Positions 56,542 to 64,000 of a stretch of DNA of 64,000 nt are shown here, piece after piece. The notes under the pieces were generated by a model. The model saw nothing but the letters and a program-made list of their open reading frames with translations. It was not told the origin of the DNA and did no database searches. Source of the stretch: Thermoplasmatota archaeon. Its GTDB lineage: Archaea > Thermoplasmatota > Penumbrarchaeia > Penumbrarchaeales > Penumbrarchaeaceae. The position numbers and the translations under genes are program-made. Location: assembly GCA_029762535.1 (NCBI GenBank), contig JARVGK010000004.1, forward strand, positions 1 to 64,000, in the 5' to 3' direction. Every line of letters starts with the position of its first letter. Position 1 is the stretch's first letter.

Positions 56542-57258
56542 ATGACCTTGATAGTCATCGCAGGGACCCTGTTCCTGGCGGGTTTGGTGCTGGGGTCCAC
56601 CCTGTGCAACCTCACCTGCGGGCCCATCCTGCTAATGCGCATGGTCGGAAGGGGTAAGGGCTGGAGGGACGGCATCGCCATGGCGCTGATATTCACCATG
56701 CCCAGGGTGTTCGTTCTGACAGCGTTCGGAGCGATCGTAGGTTACGCCGGAAGCTACGCCTCCAGACATATCGACGCCGATATCATCGCTTACGTCCACG
56801 CCGTGGTCTATCTGATCATAGCCGTGGTCATGATCATGAACGGCATAGGGCTTGCAAGAGGGGAGAAAAAGACCTGCAGGAAAGGTAGCAAGGGTTGGAT
56901 ACTGTCGAGGTTCTCGGATCCGGGCAACTCCGATGAGAGGCTGCATCTGTTCGCGCTGGGCTCCTTGTTCTCGCTCGTTTGCATCGGAGAGGCATGGGGT
57001 TTTCTGGGCATCTCGCTCGTGGAGGGCGCCATGCAGGGGGCCAACCCCACTTCCGGAGCGCTGTTGGGCGCTTCGGCGATGCTCGCCCTCTCATTGGGTC
57101 TGACGGTCCCGCCCGTAATACTGTCCGCAATGGCCTCAGAGGCGGCGCATCGCATAGACCTCAGTGAGATCGCCAGGGCCGGAGGCTGGGTCCTGGTGGT
57201 CCTCGGCGTTCTACTGATGGCGTTCGAGGTCTATTCCATATACTCCCTCATGACCTGA
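56542..57258 (+). CDS. DsbD_2 / TauE-like multi-TM protein
   Basis: GL..G...C...CGP motif, about 6 TM, second Cys in LVCIGE, GL..P. Confidence 0.6.
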   Translation: MTLIVIAGTLFLAGLVLGSTLCNLTCGPILLMRMVGRGKGWRDGIAMALIFTMPRVFVLTAFGAIVGYAGSYASRHIDADIIAYVHAVVYLIIAVVMIMNGIGLARGEKKTCRKGSKGWILSRFSDPGNSDERLHLFALGSLFSLVCIGEAWGFLGISLVEGAMQGANPTSGALLGASAMLALSLGLTVPPVILSAMASEAAHRIDLSEIARAGGWVLVVLGVLLMAFEVYSIYSLMT

Positions 57259-57640
57259 ACAGATGCGTATGGCATCGGCAGTCGGAGCAGCCGATCCCTG
57301 GGATCCCCTCATGCTCAAAAGAGAGCCTGTGCGCGGCGCCGCACTCTCCTCCTTCGGTATACGGCGTCCACCAGATCCTCCTCTCCGAGGAGCAGGCGAC
57401 GATATGATCTATATGCCATCTCCTCCTTTCGGATACAAAGAGGTGTCTGGATGCCCTGGAGCGAAGCCCCCTCTTGGCGCTGCCCACGTAGAGGTAGCTC
57501 CCCCCCTCGAATCGGACCGGACCCTTTTTTCCGACATCGATGACGATCTCGTCGGGTATGAACAGCTCCAGAATGTACACGGCGGGTTCCGCAATCAGAG
57601 GTGGCACTGCCAGCGCGAAGTCTTCTATCAATCCCATCAC
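57248..57640 (-). CDS. GIY-YIG (DUF123/Uri) endonuclease-like protein
   Basis: YIL, G.YLYVGSA..GL..R..RH, RWHID, EC, G.SDCRC.THLF. Confidence 0.85.
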   Translation of the reverse strand: MMGLIEDFALAVPPLIAEPAVYILELFIPDEIVIDVGKKGPVRFEGGSYLYVGSAKRGLRSRASRHLFVSERRRWHIDHIVACSSERRIWWTPYTEGGECGAAHRLSFEHEGIPGIGCSDCRCHTHLFRS

Positions 57641-59556
57641 TTGAACCGGATCGTCTCGAGGTTCATGGGGGCATATGTCGTCATGCCGTATTTCCTGTGA
57701 AGGGACGAGGAGAAGTCCATCTCCTTCATCTCGTCGCCGTGATGTATGACGACCCGATCCGGTTTGGGCTCCATCGTGGATATGTAATTGATGAGCTGCT
57801 TCCTGTCGCTGTGGCCGGAGAAACCGTCTATTGTCTCGAAGCTGGCCTTTAGATGTATGGCCATGGGTTTACCCTTCTCCTGAACGATCAGCTCGGTCAG
57901 GCCCTTCTGTATCTTACGGCCGAGCGTACCCTCCGCCATATAGCCGACGAAGACCAGACAGTTCCGCGGGTCGGGTGCCATGTGCTTCAGGTAATCCATG
58001 ACTGGACCGCCGTTGAGCATGCCTGAGGTCGCAAGGATTATACAGGGTTCCGGGCTGTTCTTTATTTCCTCTCGCATCTCCCTGCTGTCAACCTTGCGGA
58101 AGAAATCGGTGAGGAACGGGTTCTCGTTCCTCTGGAATATCTGCGTCCTTAGCTGATTGTTGAGGTATTCGGGATAGGCCGTGTGTATCGCGGTCGCCTC
58201 CCATATCATCCCGTCAAGGTAGATAGGTACCTTGGGTATCTGCCCCATCTTCATCTGTTTTTCGAGGACGATCATCACCTCCTGGGACCGCCCCACGGCG
58301 AAGACGGGTACCAGGGCCTTACCTCCGCGGCTCAGCGTCCGCTGCATAACGGACCTCACCTGGTCCGCCGCCTCCTTCCTGGTGGGCTGGAAGTCCCTCT
58401 TTCCGCCGTACGTCGATTCCATAACCACGGCCTCCACCCTCGGGAACTTGTTCGTGGCCGCGTTGAAGAGCCAGGTCCTCTCGTACTTTATATCGCCGGA
58501 ATAGACGATGTTATAGAGGCCATCGCCGATGTGGAAGTGGGGCGATGCCGATCCGAGGATGTGACCTGCGTTGTGCATCGTCAACCTGACGTCCGGGGCG
58601 ATATCGGTCGTCTCGTTGTACTTTATCACGATGGTGTGAAGGATCGCCTCCCTGACGTTCTCCGAATCGTAGGGGGGTCTCTTACCCTCGGCCCCGGCGA
58701 CCTTGATATAATCGAGAGCCAGGAGGGCCATGAGGTCCCTTGTGGGCGGGGTGCAGTATATCGGCCCGTCGTATCCGTATTTGTAAAGCAATGGCACGAG
58801 GCCGCTGTGGTCGAGATGCGCGTGGGTCAGCACCACCGCGTCTATGGACTCGAACGGCTGTACCTCGGACATCTGAAGGTAAGGTGAAGGATGATCATGG
58901 GACCCGACATTGACCCCGACGTCTATCAGTACCTTTGAGTTCCTGGTCGTGAGCATGTGGCAAGCTCTGCCCACCTCCCTGTAGCTGCCCAGCGATGTCG
59001 TCCTCACCCAGTTATCATCGTCAGGGATGTCGCGGAATATCCGTCTCCCCACCTTTTTCAGGAATTCCTTCCTCTTCTCGGTGACCTGTGGGTCCTTCAG
59101 GAAATGCCTGATGTCCTTTACGCTCCGCGATTCAATGGGCGGGGTGCGGACCACCTGGGGGGCCCAACCGGTATTCTTCTTGATCTCGTTGAGGTTGGCC
59201 CCGTGTTTGCCGATCGCCAGGCCAGGTGAGATCGCCTCTATGGTCACCTCGTTGGAGTCATGGTTGAAGGCGATATCGGTGACCTTTGCCTCCTCGGGTA
59301 TTATCGCCTTGATGGCATTGACCGACTCCTCTATTCCGAAGACCAAAGAGTCATGAGGGCGGATAGCCACCCTTCTCTTCAGTCCCTGAGCTATCTTCCT
59401 CACCAGGTTCGAATCGTATACGAACTCGTCCATGTTCTTGGTCTGAATGACGACCACCGGACCCTCGAACTCGACGCCCGTTATGGTTATCTTGTCCCCT
59501 ACGATGTCCTCGACGTCCTTCCTCAGCTTTCTGATCAATGCCTCATAGGTCAACAA
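57637..59556 (-). CDS. aCPSF1 / FttA beta-CASP ribonuclease with KH domains
   Basis: EFEGP, PGLAIGKHG, EVGR, THAHLDHSG, NAGHILGS, MESTYGG, FAVGRSQE, TSGMLNGGP, GFSGHSDR; TTG start near 59553-59556 likelier than 59622. Confidence 0.95.
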   Translation of the reverse strand: MLTYEALIRKLRKDVEDIVGDKITITGVEFEGPVVVIQTKNMDEFVYDSNLVRKIAQGLKRRVAIRPHDSLVFGIEESVNAIKAIIPEEAKVTDIAFNHDSNEVTIEAISPGLAIGKHGANLNEIKKNTGWAPQVVRTPPIESRSVKDIRHFLKDPQVTEKRKEFLKKVGRRIFRDIPDDDNWVRTTSLGSYREVGRACHMLTTRNSKVLIDVGVNVGSHDHPSPYLQMSEVQPFESIDAVVLTHAHLDHSGLVPLLYKYGYDGPIYCTPPTRDLMALLALDYIKVAGAEGKRPPYDSENVREAILHTIVIKYNETTDIAPDVRLTMHNAGHILGSASPHFHIGDGLYNIVYSGDIKYERTWLFNAATNKFPRVEAVVMESTYGGKRDFQPTRKEAADQVRSVMQRTLSRGGKALVPVFAVGRSQEVMIVLEKQMKMGQIPKVPIYLDGMIWEATAIHTAYPEYLNNQLRTQIFQRNENPFLTDFFRKVDSREMREEIKNSPEPCIILATSGMLNGGPVMDYLKHMAPDPRNCLVFVGYMAEGTLGRKIQKGLTELIVQEKGKPMAIHLKASFETIDGFSGHSDRKQLINYISTMEPKPDRVVIHHGDEMKEMDFSSSLHRKYGMTTYAPMNLETIRFK

Positions 59557-59729
59557 ATCACTTCCCTTGGCGCTGCATAAAACATACCTTCGGGTCGGAT
59601 ATGCTATCGATCCCGAACGCATGTCGCGGATTTTTTATGAATAATCTTGAAATGCCATACAAGGGTCCCGATCATCGTTCGGTCCCAGGTGAATAACCAA
59701 AGGTTGTTTAGAATATGCCTTCCCAAATA

Positions 59730-60371
59730 TCATTTGATATTTAATTTTTCCTTTCTCTTGGAGAGCTCGGCAGGTTTTACGGGGTTCCATCCGGACTTGT
59801 TGATCACAACTATGTCGTATCCGTCGCCCGATGCCGAATCCCTCTTCATGGCGGAACGCAGCGACTTGATGGCCAGGTCAACGCCGTCCTTCGTGGTGAG
59901 GTCCTCCCTGTATCCGTCCTCGAGCATACCGTAGGCGAAAGGGGACCCCGATCCGGTGGCGCAGTACATATCGGGAATGGACCCGCCGGCCGCGTCTATG
60001 GAGAATAGATGTCCTCCCTCATCGTCCCATCCACCGATCAGAAGCTGAACCCAGTAAGGGTAATATCTGCTGCCGGAGAGTATGTTGGCGGTGAGAGTGG
60101 CAGCGGCCTTTATCGTCATGGGCTGCTCCCTCTTCAGCCTGTAGAGCTCCGCTTCAGCTCTTAGGTACCTTGCAAGAGTCTGCGCATCCCCGACAAGGCC
60201 GGCCGTGGTCAGGCCTATATGCTTGTCTATATCGAAAAGCTTCTGGGTGTTGGAGTGGGCGATCATGTGCCCCATCGTCGCCCTGCGCTCCGTGGCCATC
60301 ACGACACCGTCCTTGCAGACGATGCCTATGGTCGTCGTCCCTGTCTTCATGAGCTCCTGCTCGTCCTTCAT
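59730..60371 (-). CDS. psmB: Proteasome beta subunit
   Basis: Propeptide ...KTG/TTT, ERRATMG, AGLVGDAQ, TGSGSPFAYG, RDSASG; GAGGTGA SD. Confidence 0.97.
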   Translation of the reverse strand: MKDEQELMKTGTTTIGIVCKDGVVMATERRATMGHMIAHSNTQKLFDIDKHIGLTTAGLVGDAQTLARYLRAEAELYRLKREQPMTIKAAATLTANILSGSRYYPYWVQLLIGGWDDEGGHLFSIDAAGGSIPDMYCATGSGSPFAYGMLEDGYREDLTTKDGVDLAIKSLRSAMKRDSASGDGYDIVVINKSGWNPVKPAELSKRKEKLNIK

Positions 60372-60544
60372 ATCGATTTCACCTCGTTGGAGATTGCAAA
60401 GAAAGCTGCTCCCCCATTTTAACCGTCGTATTTATATTTGTTGCAGGGGTGGATGGACCATGGACGTTCTAAAGGATATCCAAGATCGAGGCGGATACGG
60501 CTATGAGGCATAAGTTTTATGATGTCGGACCCATACGACATCTC

Positions 60545-63500
60545 ATGGAATTCCGCCCCGCCGCCATAATCGCGCTCGTTCTCGTTCTGACCGCGCTCAA
60601 CGTGGTCGCTGTAGGGCATCGCTCCGCGGATGAGATGGATGAGAGACCTTGGTATTTCGAATTGGACATCGACGGGGACAGGCTCGACGATCGGTTCGAC
60701 CGGCTGGATCTGGACAGCGCGTCGCTGTTCGGCAGGATGGGGGTCCTTCTGCACTTCCCGTCCCTTCCTTCCGGGGAGGATGCCGCTAGGGCGCTCTCCG
60801 ATCTGGAGGGGCGCGGGCTCTCCCCGGAACTGCACAGGATCGGAAGGCATGTCCCGGCCCTCTACATCACTATAGATGCCCGGGAGTATGGACTCCTCAA
60901 AGGTGTGGAATGGACGAATGAACCATCCTTCGTTGAGTTCCGCCCCCCGCAGGTGTCCATGATGGACGTATCCTCCAGGGCGGTGAGGGCAAGGCCTTCG
61001 GACCTGTATTCGCCCCTCACCGCGGGGGATCTCGGATATGACGGCAGCGGCGTGAACATCGCGGTCCTGGACACGGGCGTGGACAACACGCTGCACGAGT
61101 CGTTCCGGAGCCGAGTGGTCTACGGCGTGGATTTCACAGGAGCGACCGTCATATACGGATTGGACCCGGACGATATCGACGGCCACGGCACACACGTTGC
61201 CGGGACCGCTCTCGGGACCGGGGGACAGTCCGGGACTTATCAGGGTGTCGCCCCCGGCGCTGGGCTCATCGACCTGAGGATATCGAAGATATACGGGGAC
61301 ATATCGGGGAACCTGGAGGCGGCCCTCGAGTGGCTCATAGACAATCACGAAGAGAGGGACATCAGGGTCGCGTCGATATCCTTCGGCTCCACCTCCACCT
61401 CGAGCGGAACGGATACCATATCCCGGCTCGTGAACGCGCTGGTGGAGGAGGGCGTGGTCGTCGTCGCGGCCGCCGGGAATAGCGGGGTCCAAGGTCTTCC
61501 AACCCCCGCGGCGGCGGATCTCGCCATAACCGTCGGCGCATCAAACGACCGCAACACGGTCGACCGCTCCGACGATGTTCACGAATCCTTCTCGAACAGG
61601 GGTCCGAGGGCCTCCGATGGGGACCAGGACATGCTGGACGAGCTCAAGCCGGATGTCCTTGCCCCCGGCCGTGACATCATCTCGGCTCAGCACAACTCAC
61701 TCTCTGGCTACGTGGAGATGACCGGGACATCGATGTCCTGCCCGGCGGTATCTGGCGTTGTCGCCCTCATGCTTCAGGCCAACCCGGACCTGGATCCCAT
61801 TTCCGTAAAGGGGATACTGAGATCGACCGCCCAGCAGACGATGGGAGCCTCCAGGTCCGACCTGGACCCCAAATACAACTACAGGTCCGGGTGGGGACAT
61901 ATCGATGCCTACGGTGCGGTCAAGAGGGCGCTGGACCTCAAGTCGGCATCTTTCACAGGCCCGGAGAAGGTCCCCGTGTCTCAGCCCTTCGCGGTCGATG
62001 TACGGGCCAACTACACGAGGACCCAATGGGTCACGGGCGCCGAGAGCTTCACGCTGAGGGTATCATCGCCCTCTGAACTTGGAACGCCCAAGGTTGTCCA
62101 GCACAGCGCCAACGGAACCCCCCACCAGGTGAAGGGGCCCGTTCGGGATGGCCAGTATTGGATCGTCGATATCTCGATCACGGGGGAGGGCCCCATTGAC
62201 GAGGCGTCACCCCGTATGGTCATAGAGTATCTCGCCCCTGCTGTGGCCGGGACGGCCTTCGATATAAAGGGGGAGGTCCTCATCGGGGGGGTCTCGACAG
62301 GAGAGGAGACCTGGACCTCGACCGCCGTCGATGTGCAGAGACAGACGGACCTCTCCATAGTCCCGCTCGCCATTTGGTTCTCCCAGAACATCGTGAACTC
62401 GGGGGACGAGGTAACGATAAGTGCGAGGGTCAACAATACAGGGGCCGAAGCGGAACAGGCTTTGGTCAGGATCTATGACGGTCCCGCCAGGACGGGGGAG
62501 GTAATAGGGGAGGGCAGGTACGATATACCAGGGGACGGTTACGTCATCGCCTCCTTTACCTGGATCGCGAACCCAGGTCTGCACATCATCACCGCAGTGG
62601 CCGATCCGGACAACGAGATAAACGAGCCAAACGAGCTCAACAACTCCGCGGAGAGGCCACTGACGGTATTGGGGTTCAATCCTCCGCCCGTTGCGCAGCT
62701 CACCATCGATCCCGACAGGACAACGGTCATGTCCGAAGTGGAATTCGACGGTTCCGCCTCATACGACACGAACCCGATCGGCGGGAACGTGGTCTCGTAC
62801 AATTACGATTTCGGGGACGGATCGACCAGCGGATGGGTGGAGGATGGCCTTATTGTCCACCGCTACTCGGTTCCCGGCATATACACGGCCTCTCTGACGG
62901 TAAGGGACAACGGCGGGGCCATTAGCCAGAACGACGCCTCCGGCACGGTGGAGGTGCTGGACCTGTCGCTCGACAGGCTCGATCTCTATCTCGACGAGGG
63001 AGGCGGTCTGAACGGGACCTACCCTTCATCCCACGAACACCCTATCGAAGAAGGGGCCAACAATGCATTGATCGGCACATGGGCGTCCGATCCCTTCGAA
63101 GTGGATACCCAGCTGGTTTCGGTAATAAGCCTGGTCCTACACGTGTCCGGCTCTTCCAATTCAACAGGCATCGATGCGAGATTTGAGGATAGCTCCGGGA
63201 CCATCGGCTCCGTCTCGATGGGACCTCACGCCGTGAATGGCGAGATAACTTTTATAGCGGACATATCCACCGAGAACCATGAGATCCGCTACGATGACGG
63301 GCTCAGGCTCGTCCTGAGCGCAAGCACGGATGGGGACGTCAAGTTGCTGATGGGGGCGGAACTATCCAGGATATCACTCTACCCGGCGCCTTCCCCCAAC
63401 GAGGAGCCGGTGGCCGACGCCGGAGGGGACATATCCGTAAAGGCGCTTCAGAGCGTCCTGTTCTCGGGATCGGGCAGCGACGCGGACGGGGGGATCATAT

Positions 63501-64000
63501 CCGCAAGATGGGACGTCGACGACGACGGTGAGTGGGAGGCGGAAGGGCCCCAAGCCATGACCTACGAATACCCGGGATATGACTCACCCGGGACCTACAG
63601 AGCTGTGTTCGAGGTCAGGGACGACAGTGGTTGGTGGTCCCGGGACACGATGATGGTGACCGTGTTTCCCTTCGACCACAATTTCCCGCCCACCATCAGC
63701 ATGGACTGCCCCGGAGAAGGACCTCACTCGGGCCTGCTGGCCATCAGTGGGTCCTCCTCGGACGATGGTGAGGTCCTATACGTCGAGATATCGATCACCT
63801 ACTCCAACGGAACGCCGGTCCTCTCCGGGGAATATGCCGATGGCACATCTTTCTGGACCTACGTTTGGGACACGACGAAGGCCGCCAACGGGGATCACAT
63901 CGTAGAGGCGTGGGCCTTCGACGGTCAGCTCCGTTCCGAGCCCGCGTCATGCACGGTGTCGGTGCACAACGATTTCCACTCCCCGGAGATATTGGAGGTA
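60545..64000 (+). CDS. Secreted S8 subtilisin-like protease with CARDB, PKD and Ig-like domains (3' end beyond window)
   Basis: Manual translation from ATG 60545: signal MEFRPAAIIALVLVL, VLDTG, DGHGTHVAG, AAGNSG, GTSMSCP, VADPDNEINEPNELNN (CARDB), PKD motifs; the same frame reads open at the window end. Confidence 0.9.
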   Translation, partial: MEFRPAAIIALVLVLTALNVVAVGHRSADEMDERPWYFELDIDGDRLDDRFDRLDLDSASLFGRMGVLLHFPSLPSGEDAARALSDLEGRGLSPELHRIGRHVPALYITIDAREYGLLKGVEWTNEPSFVEFRPPQVSMMDVSSRAVRARPSDLYSPLTAGDLGYDGSGVNIAVLDTGVDNTLHESFRSRVVYGVDFTGATVIYGLDPDDIDGHGTHVAGTALGTGGQSGTYQGVAPGAGLIDLRISKIYGDISGNLEAALEWLIDNHEERDIRVASISFGSTSTSSGTDTISRLVNALVEEGVVVVAAAGNSGVQGLPTPAAADLAITVGASNDRNTVDRSDDVHESFSNRGPRASDGDQDMLDELKPDVLAPGRDIISAQHNSLSGYVEMTGTSMSCPAVSGVVALMLQANPDLDPISVKGILRSTAQQTMGASRSDLDPKYNYRSGWGHIDAYGAVKRALDLKSASFTGPEKVPVSQPFAVDVRANYTRTQWVTGAESFTLRVSSPSELGTPKVVQHSANGTPHQVKGPVRDGQYWIVDISITGEGPIDEASPRMVIEYLAPAVAGTAFDIKGEVLIGGVSTGEETWTSTAVDVQRQTDLSIVPLAIWFSQNIVNSGDEVTISARVNNTGAEAEQALVRIYDGPARTGEVIGEGRYDIPGDGYVIASFTWIANPGLHIITAVADPDNEINEPNELNNSAERPLTVLGFNPPPVAQLTIDPDRTTVMSEVEFDGSASYDTNPIGGNVVSYNYDFGDGSTSGWVEDGLIVHRYSVPGIYTASLTVRDNGGAISQNDASGTVEVLDLSLDRLDLYLDEGGGLNGTYPSSHEHPIEEGANNALIGTWASDPFEVDTQLVSVISLVLHVSGSSNSTGIDARFEDSSGTIGSVSMGPHAVNGEITFIADISTENHEIRYDDGLRLVLSASTDGDVKLLMGAELSRISLYPAPSPNEEPVADAGGDISVKALQSVLFSGSGSDADGGIISARWDVDDDGEWEAEGPQAMTYEYPGYDSPGTYRAVFEVRDDSGWWSRDTMMVTVFPFDHNFPPTISMDCPGEGPHSGLLAISGSSSDDGEVLYVEISITYSNGTPVLSGEYADGTSFWTYVWDTTKAANGDHIVEAWAFDGQLRSEPASCTVSVHNDFHSPEILEV

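Noticed and set aside
60419-61492. 357-aa minus-strand ORF and other short ORFs at 60.6-63.2 kb
   Set aside because: Antisense or alternate-frame shadows of the S8 protease gene

Overview
Archaeal genomic DNA (uS13-uS4-uS11-rpoD operon, proteasome beta next to aCPSF1, presenilin homologue, class II HMG-CoA reductase; Thermoplasmatota-like by inference). Positions 1 to about 46.8 kb form a comparatively AT-rich surface-glycan island, bordered at the left window edge by the end of an IS1634-type element. It encodes five GT4s, GT2s, two Wzx flippases, two nucleotide-sugar dehydrogenases, a sulfotransferase, an acyltransferase, two GNAT/FemAB-like proteins, two ATP-grasp ligases, a sugar amidotransferase and two giant stalked surface proteins. 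The best candidate for an undescribed system lies inside it: a carrier-protein module (ACP, AcpS, an amino-acid-type adenylating enzyme, two tandem atypical NadE paralogues, a bacterial-type PrmC-like methyltransferase and an atypical M14 hydrolase) interleaved with flippase and GT genes. This is consistent with NRPS-like tailoring of an archaeal glycan. At the island edge is a secreted protein with the three motifs of a Cys-Gln thioester (TED) adhesin domain. The GC-rich right part is mostly housekeeping. It includes a LipM-like octanoyltransferase, a presenilin homologue with a large inserted ectodomain, and an S8 protease that runs off the window and is absent from the ORF track. No rRNA, tRNA or CRISPR array was seen. 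All family calls come from motif recognition by eye; no database searches were run.
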